A stretch of 64,000 nucleotides of DNA. Source: an uncultured Gemmatimonadales bacterium. Lineage in GTDB: Bacteria; Gemmatimonadota; Gemmatimonadetes; Gemmatimonadales; GWC2-71-9. Under the pieces are notes generated by a model. That model did not search any database. It saw only the letters and a list, made by a program, of their open reading frames with translations, and was not told the origin of the DNA. The position numbers were made by a program, and so were the translations under genes. The stretch is from contig CAWFGG010000001.1 in the NCBI GenBank assembly GCA_963815325.1, forward strand, positions 304,130 through 368,129, written 5' to 3'. Below are positions 18,464 to 27,570 of this stretch, piece after piece. The first letter of the stretch is position 1. The number at the start of each line of letters is the position of its first letter.

Positions 18464-18877
18464 CTACTCGATCACTAGGGTTCCCACCGCGCCATAGACC
18501 TGGTGGGTCAGGCAATAGAACCGGTAAGTCCCAGCGGCCAGGCGCGGCACGACTATTCGATAGGCGTCACCCACGTCGACGAGCAGCGGGCCTCTCAGGT
18601 CGCTTACCCTGCCGACCATGGCGCGGTTGAGCGCCGCAACTTGGGCTCCCTCGAGTCCGGTCGGGTCGAAGGCGATGCTGTGCGGAGGGCCGGAAACGAC
18701 CCGGAACACGATGACATCCCCGGGGCGTGCCGAGACTTTGAGGGGGTGAAATCCGAAACGGCCTTCGGCACGATCCGCCCGCAACTCAACGGGGTGGGTG
18801 GCCTGGCCTTGGAGCTGCCCGGCCATGAGGAGTGCCACTACTCCCAGCAGCAAGCCGATTCGGCGGTGAACGAGCAT
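18464..18877 (-). CDS. Cupredoxin-fold (plastocyanin/pseudoazurin-like) copper protein, secreted
   Basis: Signal peptide MLVHRRIGLLLGVVALLMAGQLQG. His ligand context GPPHSIAFD. The C-terminal YRFYCLTHQVYGAVGTLVIE carries the Cys-x2-His loop. Confidence 0.7.
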   Translation of the reverse strand: MLVHRRIGLLLGVVALLMAGQLQGQATHPVELRADRAEGRFGFHPLKVSARPGDVIVFRVVSGPPHSIAFDPTGLEGAQVAALNRAMVGRVSDLRGPLLVDVGDAYRIVVPRLAAGTYRFYCLTHQVYGAVGTLVIE

Positions 18878-18971
18878 GGCTCCCCCTCTCTTTGCGGCCT
18901 GTGGCGACGGACCCTAGATTGAAGATGGCGGAGCGGATGGGATTGTCCACCTCTCCCCGGAAGGACCGCCA

Positions 18972-19223
18972 GTGGGTCGCAGGAAGATAAAGGAGTACCG
19001 ACCGTCCGAAGCCCTGGCCCTGATTGCGGCCGACCGCGACCAGCAGCCTCTGGTTTGTCCGGTCTGCGGCAAGGGCGCCATTACCCGCATCCCCAAGCGT
19101 CCGCCTAGAAGCCGATCGTCGAGAGGGGGTCAGATCAGGCTCCACTGTACGGCCTGCGATCGCAGCGCCGCCTACACGCAGTCGCCGGGCGACCGCTCGA
19201 CGACCTCCCCGTCACCTTCCTAG
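18972..19223 (+). CDS. Small Cys4 zinc-ribbon-like protein (hypothetical)
   Basis: GTG start preceded by GGAAGGA. It has CPVC...(27 aa)...CTAC spacing (LVCPVCGKGAITRIP...IRLHCTACDRS). It ends 60 nt before the MFS gene start. Confidence 0.4.
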   Translation: MGRRKIKEYRPSEALALIAADRDQQPLVCPVCGKGAITRIPKRPPRSRSSRGGQIRLHCTACDRSAAYTQSPGDRSTTSPSPS

Positions 19224-19284
19224 GACTCTCGCGTCCTGTTGCTCCCTTGCCCCGCGGCACGGGTCCCAGCATCCTGCATCCCTT

Positions 19285-20502
19285 ATGAGCGAGTCCACCT
19301 CGGCCGCCACCACGGCGGGCCAGCGGCGCGCCCTTCGGCTGGTGCTCCTGACCGTCTTCATCGACCTCATCGGCTTCGCCATCGTGCTGCCGCTCCTGCC
19401 GAGCTATGGAGCACGATACGGCGCCAGCGACGCGGCGATCGGTGTCCTCGTCGCGAGCTATTCGCTGATGCAACTCCTGCTCGCACCGTGGTGGGGGCGG
19501 CTGAGCGACCGAATCGGTCGACGCCCCGTGCTCTTGATCAGCCTGGTTGGGAGCGCGGTATCGTATCTCCTGTTCGGGTTCGCGGGCAGCTTCCTCGCAC
19601 TCCTTGTGTCTCGCGTGATTGCCGGGGGCAGTGGGTCCATCGTCAATGTTGCTCAAGCAACCTTGGCCGATGTAACCCCGCCGGATCGGCGCGCCCGTGC
19701 CATGGGCCTGATTGGCGCTGCGTTCGGGGTGGCATTTGTGATCGGTCCCGCGCTCGGTGGCATGAGCACGCGTCTGGGGGACGCCGCCCCGGGGCTCCTG
19801 GCCGCCGCGCTGTGTGGCATGAACTTCATCGCCGCGCTGGTCTGGCTTCCTGAAACACGGACGGAAGCCCACAGGGCCGAGAGCCAGGTTCGACCACCGT
19901 GGCGGCCGCTCCTGGCTCCCTTGGGCATCCTGTTTCTCGAGACCTTCGCCTTCACCGTCATCTACGCCGTGTTCCCCTTGTACGGTGAACGCATGTGGGG
20001 CTTCGGCCGGGAGGGCGTGTCCTATCTGTTCGTATTCATCGGATTGGTCACCGTCGTGGTCCAAGGTTGGATGGTAGGACGACTCGCACCCCGGTTTGGA
20101 GAGCCGCGCGTCATGGTTGCGGGCTGTGTTTCGCTGGCGGTCGGCCTGATGCTGCTCCCGATGAGCGCCACCCTGGCGGCGTCAGCCGAGTGGCGCCTGC
20201 CCTCGTTGCTCGGAGTCCTAGCGTTGATTTCCGCGGGGACTGGGCTCGTGGCGCCGACTGCCGCGAGTTATGTGTCGCGGCTTACCAGGTCCGAAGCCCA
20301 GGGTCACGCCCTCGGACGGCTGCAGAGCTCGGGTGCGATGGCGCGAGTGGCGGGCCCAATACTCCTGGGCGTGGTGAGCGACCTGTCCGATTCCGGACCG
20401 TTCATCGCCGCGAGCGGTGTTGCATCGCTCGCGCTGCTCCTCGCCGTAACGACGGCGTACCGATCGCCTACTCGGGGGTCGAGAAGATCCGGCCCCACCT
20501 GA
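19285..20502 (+). CDS. MFS transporter (drug:H+ antiporter / TetA-like family)
   Basis: Twelve-TM-like profile with MFS motifs (FIDLIGFAIVLPLLP, GRLSDRIGRRPVLL). Start set at MSESTSAATT; the 87 upstream codons of ORF 19024..20502 look non-coding. Confidence 0.85.
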   Translation: MSESTSAATTAGQRRALRLVLLTVFIDLIGFAIVLPLLPSYGARYGASDAAIGVLVASYSLMQLLLAPWWGRLSDRIGRRPVLLISLVGSAVSYLLFGFAGSFLALLVSRVIAGGSGSIVNVAQATLADVTPPDRRARAMGLIGAAFGVAFVIGPALGGMSTRLGDAAPGLLAAALCGMNFIAALVWLPETRTEAHRAESQVRPPWRPLLAPLGILFLETFAFTVIYAVFPLYGERMWGFGREGVSYLFVFIGLVTVVVQGWMVGRLAPRFGEPRVMVAGCVSLAVGLMLLPMSATLAASAEWRLPSLLGVLALISAGTGLVAPTAASYVSRLTRSEAQGHALGRLQSSGAMARVAGPILLGVVSDLSDSGPFIAASGVASLALLLAVTTAYRSPTRGSRRSGPT

Positions 20503-21184
20503 CGTCAGTGATGAACGGCAGGGGACGCCAGCTTTGTTGGTCGTAGCTGAAATAGATCACCAATGGCCGGCCCCGAATGTTCTTCCTGGGCAGGAAGCCC
20601 CACATCCGGCTATCGTGTGAGTTATCGCGACTGTCACCCATCACGAAATAGGAATCCGGCGGCACGACGATCGGGCCCCAGTCCTGAAGGTCGGGATGGT
20701 AGGTTGCGCTGTCGCCGTTAGCGAGGTAGCGCACTTGCCACTCACGCATCCGCTGCCGCTGGAACTGGTCGGCCGCTGGGAGCGGGTCCGCATGCACGAC
20801 GTAGGGTTCGTTCAGCATGCGGCCGTTGCGAATCATCCGGCCGCCCGTCATGGCGAGCGTGTCCCCGGGCATTCCCATCAAGCGTTTCACCACTTTGATG
20901 TCTTCTTCGACGGAGTCGAAGACAATGAGGTCGCCGCGCCGCGGCTCGCGTACCGCCGGCAGGCGCTTGTGGATTAGGGGAACCTCGGCACCGTACAGCG
21001 CCTTGTTCACAAACAGGAAATCCCCGATCATGAGGGTGTTTTCCATGCTCCCCGAAGGAATCCGGAACGCTTCCACCAAGAAGGTGCGGAGGAAGAACCA
21101 GACCACCAAGGCGAGGGCGATGGACTTGACCCAACCCCAGACCCAGGGGACGAAACCGGATTCTTTTGATGCTGCCTTCTTCAT
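20468..21184 (-). CDS. lepB: Signal peptidase I
   Basis: FRIPSGSMENTLMIGDFLFVNK (catalytic Ser box), VKRLMGMPGD, and GDSRDNSHDSRMWGFLP (Lys/GDN box region). Confidence 0.92.
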   Translation of the reverse strand: MKKAASKESGFVPWVWGWVKSIALALVVWFFLRTFLVEAFRIPSGSMENTLMIGDFLFVNKALYGAEVPLIHKRLPAVREPRRGDLIVFDSVEEDIKVVKRLMGMPGDTLAMTGGRMIRNGRMLNEPYVVHADPLPAADQFQRQRMREWQVRYLANGDSATYHPDLQDWGPIVVPPDSYFVMGDSRDNSHDSRMWGFLPRKNIRGRPLVIYFSYDQQSWRPLPFITDVRWGRIFSTPE

Positions 21185-21221
21185 GGCCAGCTCCTACCCT
21201 TTGCGCCCGCCCGACGCTCGA

Positions 21222-22307
21222 TCAATTTACCCAATCCGCAATGAACAAGTTGGTTTCGCGGGCCTCGGAGCCGTGGCGGTTCGATGCCCAGACCAACTTC
21301 GACCCATCCGGGCTGAACATGGGGAACGAGTCGAACTCCCCATCGAAGGTTACCCGCTCGAGTCCGGTCCCATCGATGTTGACGAGATAGAGGTTGAAGA
21401 CGCGTCCACCTTGGCTCTCGTGATTGGAGGCAAAGATGATCCGGGACCCGTCCGGGTGGAAGTATGGGGCGAAGTTTGCGCCCCCGAGATTGGTCACTTG
21501 CCGCGCTTCGCTGCCGTCGGCGTTCGCGACCCAGAGCTCGAGATTGCCCGGCCGCACCATGCGCTGGGCCAGCAGACCCAAGTAGTCCGCAGAGTCCGCC
21601 GCGGTTTGCGGGTATCCGGCCCGCCAAACGATCTTCGTCCCGTCCGGCGAAAAGAACGCTCCCCCGTCGTAGCCCACCCGCTGCGTCACCCGGCGGAGAT
21701 CCGACCCGTCCACGTTCATGGTATAGAGTTCGAGATCACCGTCCATGGTGCTGGTGAAGATGATCCGGGATCCATCCGGGGACAGGGTCGCCTCCGCATT
21801 GTAGGTTCCGTTGTCAGTGAGTTTTTGGAGATCGCTCCCGTCTGCCGCCGCCGTGTAGATCTCGAAGTGGCCGATCGGCCACACATAGCCTTTCGAATGA
21901 TCCGGTGGCGTCGGGCAGGCAGCGTCGTGCTCGAACGTCGAGCTGTAGAGAATCCGACGGTCATTGTCGTAGAAGTACCCGCAGGTGGTACGCCCCTGGC
22001 CGTTCGACACCCGTCGCAAGCCGGTGCCGTCGGCGTTGATGACATACTGCTGGTCACAACCTTCGGCGACCTTGTCCTGTCGCTGGAAGATGATCTCCTT
22101 GCCCGATTTCGAGAAATAGCCCTCCGCGTTGTTTCCACCGAAAGTCAATTGTTGGATGTTTGCGAGATGCACTTCCCCCGGCTCGGGGTCGACAAACACG
22201 CCCGCGGGCGCGGCGGCCTCGTCGCGCGCTCCGCCACAGGCCACGAGCATCATCAGACCGCCCAACCCAAGAACCCCGAAGTGCCTTCGAATCTGCATAC
22301 CAGTCAT
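21222..22307 (-). CDS. PD40/TolB-like beta-propeller lipoprotein
   Basis: Lipoprotein-type signal (GLMMLVACGG). WD40-like PD40 repeats recur (SPDGSRIIFTS, SPDGTKIVW, HPDGSRIIFAS, SPDGSKLVWASNR). Confidence 0.8.
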   Translation of the reverse strand: MTGMQIRRHFGVLGLGGLMMLVACGGARDEAAAPAGVFVDPEPGEVHLANIQQLTFGGNNAEGYFSKSGKEIIFQRQDKVAEGCDQQYVINADGTGLRRVSNGQGRTTCGYFYDNDRRILYSSTFEHDAACPTPPDHSKGYVWPIGHFEIYTAAADGSDLQKLTDNGTYNAEATLSPDGSRIIFTSTMDGDLELYTMNVDGSDLRRVTQRVGYDGGAFFSPDGTKIVWRAGYPQTAADSADYLGLLAQRMVRPGNLELWVANADGSEARQVTNLGGANFAPYFHPDGSRIIFASNHESQGGRVFNLYLVNIDGTGLERVTFDGEFDSFPMFSPDGSKLVWASNRHGSEARETNLFIADWVN

Positions 22308-22762
22308 CCTTTCAACAGGGCGAGCACTTCCGCCGCGTGTCCTTTCGGTTTCACCTTTTCGAACACCTTGAGCACGGTACCATGTTCATCGAGCACGAAG
22401 GTCGTCCGCAAGACGCCGTGATATGACTTCCCGTACATCGACTTCTTCCCCCACGCGCCGTACGCGTCCGCGACGGCGTGGTCGGGGTCGGCGAGGAGGG
22501 GGAAGGGGAGTTGATATTTCGTTTTGAACTTTCGGTGCGACGCCTCGTCGTCCGGAGACACACCGAGCACCACGGCTCCGGCCTGCGAGACCGCCCGCCA
22601 GGAGTCGCGAAAGCCGCACGCTTCGGTGGTGCACCCGGGCGTATCGTCCCTGGGATAGAAGTAGAGAACGACCTTCTTGCCACGGAACGTGTCGAGTGAG
22701 ATCTCCGTATCGTCGTCGGATCGGAGCGAGAATACAGGAGCGGGATCGCCAGGTTTGAGCAT
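22304..22762 (-). CDS. bcp: Thioredoxin-dependent thiol peroxidase (peroxiredoxin Bcp)
   Basis: MLKPGDPAPVFSL...KKVVLYFYPRDDTPGCTTEACGFRD is the Bcp/PrxQ active-site context. Confidence 0.9.
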   Translation of the reverse strand: MLKPGDPAPVFSLRSDDDTEISLDTFRGKKVVLYFYPRDDTPGCTTEACGFRDSWRAVSQAGAVVLGVSPDDEASHRKFKTKYQLPFPLLADPDHAVADAYGAWGKKSMYGKSYHGVLRTTFVLDEHGTVLKVFEKVKPKGHAAEVLALLKG

Positions 22763-22776
22763 GATTCGTCGTATCG

Positions 22777-24384
22777 TTACGGCGCGGCGCGCCACGTCGG
22801 AAGTTCGAGCAAAGGTATGGCCAGCGGCTGCCGGACCCGCAGAATGGGGGAGTCTTGGCCTTGGCGCAAGTCGCGATCGAGGAAGTTCCAGGCAGCGACA
22901 CCATCAGCGGAACCGGGCTCCAGCAGGTAAGCGGCGAGCACGCCGAGACGCTGCCCCGTCGGTACGAAGAACCAGCCCGCCACCGCGCGTCCGGCCTCAG
23001 GCCGCCAGGCCCCGGCCAGGTCGACCATCCGATGGCCCTGAAATGGCCGCGCTGCTCCCACAAGGCTGTCGATATGGAACGCCTCGACGGGTCCCGTCCA
23101 CTCCTCGCCAACCCGGGCGACCCGTATTCCGTGACGGCCAAGCAGCTCCACGACGTGCCCGAGCCGCGGCGGGAGGAGGTAGCCCGCCGCAAGAGCCTCG
23201 CGGCGCACGGGGGCGAAGCGATCGAACACCGGCATGCGGATCGACCGGTAGGTCCCGGTGCGGCGGCGGCGGGAGAATCCGTGCGATCCATCGCCGGCCG
23301 GTTCCGTGATCTCGGCGATGACCTCGAGGACGCGGGGGGCAGCATAGTCGGACCGCACGGCTATGGAGTCCGGTACCCAGCGCCCGGGTGGTCCGTCGAG
23401 CGACGCGATGGTATCGCGCTGCTCGGCCGCAAGGCTCAGGATCTCGTGCACGAAGTTATACGTGGCCCTGATGCGCTCCTCAAAAGGCGCATTGCTGTAG
23501 GCCTCGCTGAGGATCGCCATACGGCCGCGCATGGCAAACCAGTTGACGCCATAGCGCGGGTATGGTTCGTAGGTAAACCATCCCTGATCGAGGGAATCGG
23601 CCTCTTGATTCTTGAAGTTGCCGTAATCGAAAATCTCCTGACCATGCCGTTCGCGCATGCGGGTGCGGACGGTTGGGAGGAACACGTCCTGTACGAAATC
23701 GTTTGACGGGCCACTGCTTGGATTGAGCCCCGGTGAATAGGTGAGTGCGTACCCGTGGTAACTCCCGTTAGTGGTGTGGAGGTCAATGAAGAAATCCGGG
23801 TCCCACTCATTGATGAGCGCCGCGGCACCCCGTGTCTCCGGTGCCTCCATCTTGACGTAGTCCCGGTTCAGGTCGAGTCCCTGTCCATTGACCCTCCGTC
23901 CGACCACCGAAGGACCGTTTTGCCCCGGCCGATTCCGGTCGGACGGCCCGATTGCCTCGTTCCCGTCGACATTGTAAATCGGCACCACGAGGACGATCAC
24001 GCTATCCAAGAGCGGCCGAAGCACCCCGAGCGTCAACTCACGAAGCAGCATCTGAGCGGCCTCTTTGCCCTCGACTTCTCCAGCGTGAATGTTGCCCTGG
24101 ATGTAGAGAATGGGCTTTCGGGTCCTGTGGGCGTCCGCGGCATCATCGACCATTGGCCGGGCGGCAAGTACCCAAGGGATCGACCGTCCCTCCACGCTTC
24201 GGGCCAGCGTGCCGACTCTGAGGTCGGCGCCGGCCCGCTCGAGTGAGTCGAGGAACGACCCCACGTCCTGGTAGGTCGAGGTTTGCTGTGCAGTGGTGCG
24301 CTCGGGTCGGGTGCTCTGTCCGACGAGGAGCCCGCTCGACAGCGGCACCAGCACGAGCAGTGACGTGCAGAATCGGGGGGTCAT
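22777..24384 (-). CDS. M14-family zinc carboxypeptidase, secreted
   Basis: Signal peptide, then ILYIQGNIHAGEVEGKEAAQMLL (HxxE zinc site) and NRDYVK...DLHTTNGS, typical of M14. There is a 4-nt overlap with the upstream gene. Confidence 0.8.
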   Translation of the reverse strand: MTPRFCTSLLVLVPLSSGLLVGQSTRPERTTAQQTSTYQDVGSFLDSLERAGADLRVGTLARSVEGRSIPWVLAARPMVDDAADAHRTRKPILYIQGNIHAGEVEGKEAAQMLLRELTLGVLRPLLDSVIVLVVPIYNVDGNEAIGPSDRNRPGQNGPSVVGRRVNGQGLDLNRDYVKMEAPETRGAAALINEWDPDFFIDLHTTNGSYHGYALTYSPGLNPSSGPSNDFVQDVFLPTVRTRMRERHGQEIFDYGNFKNQEADSLDQGWFTYEPYPRYGVNWFAMRGRMAILSEAYSNAPFEERIRATYNFVHEILSLAAEQRDTIASLDGPPGRWVPDSIAVRSDYAAPRVLEVIAEITEPAGDGSHGFSRRRRTGTYRSIRMPVFDRFAPVRREALAAGYLLPPRLGHVVELLGRHGIRVARVGEEWTGPVEAFHIDSLVGAARPFQGHRMVDLAGAWRPEAGRAVAGWFFVPTGQRLGVLAAYLLEPGSADGVAAWNFLDRDLRQGQDSPILRVRQPLAIPLLELPTWRAAP

Positions 24385-26339
24385 GGAGCCACCTCCAATA
24401 CCCCGGAAGGGGAGTCGGGTGGAATCAAGTAGCGGGTCTCCTCGACAAACGGCTGGCCATCGTCCACGGTAAATGTGACTTCGGGGATGAGCACGGGCCG
24501 GCGGCGTGGCCCCACGGAGAGATCGCGCGCGTCACCATGCGAGGGAAACCACGCCGCAACGCTCCTATCCAGGATCACTTGGAATGCATCCGTATCCCGC
24601 CTCATCACGAGGCGCCTCAACTCAGCGGACTCCGGCACGGCATCGGCAAGGGCCGCGATCATGAGATAGCCCTGGACGTGCGGGTCCAGTGGACGCGCGG
24701 CTGCCATCTCCGCAAGTTTCTCGGCCTCTCCGAACGCGATGAGGGGAAACTCGACCGCGAGCTTCCGCAGAATTCGGTCGGCCTCGTACTCGGCCAACCC
24801 CTCCGCCAAGTAGAGGTCCGGCTCTGTCACAGTGAGGACCGTGCCATTTGCCCCCAACGACACCCCGGGGCCATCGGGATGGGTGCGCACATGGCCGTGG
24901 ACAATGTGATGCCATTCATGGAGCACCGTCCCGATCGCAAAGAGGGGCATGGTGCTCGGGTCGATCAAAACAACGTCGCGCGCTTCGAGGAATCCGCCGC
25001 GGGCCCGTGCGGATTCCTGGCCTATGCTACTGATCTCGTACCGCAATGTCCCGAGATCGACGACTGACGTTCCGGGGGCTGGTGGCCCTACCTCTTGAAC
25101 AACCTGCCGCAGTCCTGCTTGACCATGTCGTGCCAGCCAGCGGGCTGCAGATGGATTTTCTACGACGATCAACCGATCGAGGACTTCCGAAAAGACGCCG
25201 GCCACTGGTGCGCCTTCGGCGTACCCGAACAGGCGCACGCGAACGGCCGGCACAGGCGCGCCATTGTCGGGCCAAGCTGATTGTACGATGTCGGCAAGGG
25301 AACGTGCACCGGAGTCCCCGAGCCACGGCTCGGTCACGAGGAATCGCATGGCGGCTTCGTACCAGTGCACGGCCCCTTCGTAGCCGGCCAGCAACGCTTG
25401 AACCGCGCGGAACGAATCCGGAGCTCCGTGCTGCATGGGGCCGAGTACGGCGCCGTAGTGCTCCGGCTCCGTGTTCGAGAGGACGAAGAGACGGTACAGT
25501 TCTAAAGCGATCACTTCATCGGCAGGCTGGTGTTCCGATCGGGACAGACGTCCGGCCACCGAAAGCGCGGCCGTGGCGCTTGCCCATTCAACTCCCGGCA
25601 GCTGCTGGCGCGCAGCGTGGAGTGCCACGTCATGAATGTCGACGTGCCACTCACCGGTCGGCCGGAAGAGGAAGTCGAACCGCTTGCGGGCGGAATCGCT
25701 GACCAAGCGACGACGTATGGTCGCCAACACGGTCCGGTGCGCGGCGACCATCGCCTCCCGGTCACGCAGTCCCATGGCACGGATCACCGCGGCCTCGCCC
25801 AAGTCCTCTCGACTCAACGCCGTGAGTCCGGATGCGTCCGCCACCGCGCGATATCGTTCGATCACCGACTCGGTGGTGTGCCCGCGCGCGGCGGCGGCTC
25901 GCAGCCAGGCGCCCGGCAGCCGCTGGATGGAATCGCCCACTCCATAGAAGACGAGAACTTGCCGCTGAGTGAATCGCGGCAGCGATGCGTAAAATTCGAC
26001 AGAATCCGCGAGGCGCTCGGCAACCCACTGACGGCGCTCCCCGCCGTCCACGAACGCTTCCCCGACCAAGCTGTCCTGGTCGAGTCGGCCGGTGAACCGC
26101 CGGAATCTCGAGCCGGTCACCAACCACTCGACTCGGTCATCATCGAACGCGCGACCCGTGAGCGGGCGAGGGCCGCTCGTAACGCCTGCCAAGTCCACGG
26201 TGCCAGACACGGTTGCCCCATCAACCGCGAGCCACAACTCACCCAAAATCGTGGCAGGAATGCCGCCGCGAAGGATGACCCTCCACCGGCCGGCCACCTG
26301 ACCATTGAGCGCGGGGTTGTAACTGAGGAAGACCAGCAT
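24381..26339 (-). CDS. Large hypothetical protein with an HExxH motif (putative metalloprotease); start unresolved (26339 up to 26534)
   Basis: GTVLHEWHHIVHGH, with LAEGLAEYEAD downstream, suggests a gluzincin-like site. The segment RRGPRGGWTAPRILATLMLVFLSYNPALNG upstream of the Met at 26339 looks like a signal peptide, but I found no ATG/GTG/TTG between it and the adaptor-gene stop at 26425. Confidence 0.55.
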   Translation of the reverse strand: MLVFLSYNPALNGQVAGRWRVILRGGIPATILGELWLAVDGATVSGTVDLAGVTSGPRPLTGRAFDDDRVEWLVTGSRFRRFTGRLDQDSLVGEAFVDGGERRQWVAERLADSVEFYASLPRFTQRQVLVFYGVGDSIQRLPGAWLRAAAARGHTTESVIERYRAVADASGLTALSREDLGEAAVIRAMGLRDREAMVAAHRTVLATIRRRLVSDSARKRFDFLFRPTGEWHVDIHDVALHAARQQLPGVEWASATAALSVAGRLSRSEHQPADEVIALELYRLFVLSNTEPEHYGAVLGPMQHGAPDSFRAVQALLAGYEGAVHWYEAAMRFLVTEPWLGDSGARSLADIVQSAWPDNGAPVPAVRVRLFGYAEGAPVAGVFSEVLDRLIVVENPSAARWLARHGQAGLRQVVQEVGPPAPGTSVVDLGTLRYEISSIGQESARARGGFLEARDVVLIDPSTMPLFAIGTVLHEWHHIVHGHVRTHPDGPGVSLGANGTVLTVTEPDLYLAEGLAEYEADRILRKLAVEFPLIAFGEAEKLAEMAAARPLDPHVQGYLMIAALADAVPESAELRRLVMRRDTDAFQVILDRSVAAWFPSHGDARDLSVGPRRRPVLIPEVTFTVDDGQPFVEETRYLIPPDSPSGVLEVAP

Positions 26340-26424
26340 CAGCGTGGCGAGTATGCGCGGCGCAGTCCAGCCTCCACGTGGACCACGGCGCGGATTCGTT
26401 CCGCGGCGCCGGGAAGCCTGTTTG

Positions 26425-27570
26425 CTAAGGAGACGCAGGGGGGGAGTTCTCTGACGCGGCCCCAGCAGGGGATGCCGGTTCGGGACCAGCCTTGGCGGCT
26501 GCCGTATCCGCGGGCACGACTTGTTGACGGTCAACCGGGATGGGCGTCACCGCCATTCCGGGCTGGAGGCGGACCTGTCCGCCGACCACCACTTGCTCTC
26601 CGGCAGCCACGCCTGAACGGATCTCGACAAAGCCAGGGATTCGGACTCCCAACTCAACCGCGCGTCGCTCCGCCTTGCTGCTGTCGTCGATCACCCAGAT
26701 CACCGGCCCTGCCTCGAGCGGGACGATCGCCTCCTCGGGAACGATCGTCGCTGCGGGGCGCACGTCGGTGGCCAGCCGGACTTCAATGAACATGCCGGGC
26801 TGGAGATCTCCCTCACGGTTCGGAACGCGGGCTTTCACCAGGATCGTCCGCGAGGGAAGGGTGACGATGGGATCGACGAACTCGACGGTACCCCGGAAAT
26901 CACGCCCCGAAATGGCCGCTACCCGGAAGGCGACCTCCTGCCCGAGGGCGAGTTCCGAGGCGTAGCGCTCGGGAACCTGAAACACGGCACGCTGGGGGTG
27001 AACGGTCTGGAGCGTGACCAACCCGGTGGAGCTGGTGACGTAATCGCCCAGGCTCACTTGCCGCGAGCCGGCGACACCGCCAAAGGGAGCGCGGACGACG
27101 GTCCGGTCGAGGCGGACCTTGAGAAGTTCGTACTGCGCCTCGCTACTGCGGGCGGTGGCTTCCGCCTGTTCCAGATCGGCCTGCGAGGCGGCATTCTGTG
27201 CGATGAGAGTGCGAGTCCGTTCCAAGGCCTGGCGGCTGAGATCTCGCTCGGCTTCGGCCCGAGCGACCTGGGCGACCAGCTCCGCGTCGTCGACCTTGAA
27301 CAGTGGCGCCCCGGCCCGAACGTATCTGCCCTCCCGAAAGAGGATACCGGTGATTCGTCCGTCGATGTCCGGCCGGAGGATGATCGATTGCACGGCTTCG
27401 ATCTGACCCGTTGTCTGAATCGCGTCGATCACCGTGTCCACCTGCGCCCGAGCGACCTCCACTGGCGCCGCAAATCCGCCGCCGCCAAACCCGCCATCTT
27501 CGGCTTGCCCATCGCCACAACCCCATGCGGCGACAACCGCGAGCCCGAATACCAGACCTCGTGTGACCAT
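26425..27570 (-). CDS. Efflux RND periplasmic adaptor (membrane fusion protein)
   Basis: Lipoprotein-like N-terminus (LAVVAAWGCG). It has coiled-coil and beta-barrel MFP architecture (VDTVIDAIQTTGQIEAVQSIILRPDIDGRI...; ...VFQVPERY...). Confidence 0.9.
   Translation of the reverse strand: MVTRGLVFGLAVVAAWGCGDGQAEDGGFGGGGFAAPVEVARAQVDTVIDAIQTTGQIEAVQSIILRPDIDGRITGILFREGRYVRAGAPLFKVDDAELVAQVARAEAERDLSRQALERTRTLIAQNAASQADLEQAEATARSSEAQYELLKVRLDRTVVRAPFGGVAGSRQVSLGDYVTSSTGLVTLQTVHPQRAVFQVPERYASELALGQEVAFRVAAISGRDFRGTVEFVDPIVTLPSRTILVKARVPNREGDLQPGMFIEVRLATDVRPAATIVPEEAIVPLEAGPVIWVIDDSSKAERRAVELGVRIPGFVEIRSGVAAGEQVVVGGQVRLQPGMAVTPIPVDRQQVVPADTAAAKAGPEPASPAGAASENSPPASP

Noticed and set aside
19024-19284. 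An 87-codon N-terminal extension of the MFS transporter
   Set aside because: The extension is Arg/Pro/Ser-rich and overlaps the better-supported zinc-ribbon ORF in another frame. The MFS family sequence starts at MSESTS (19285).
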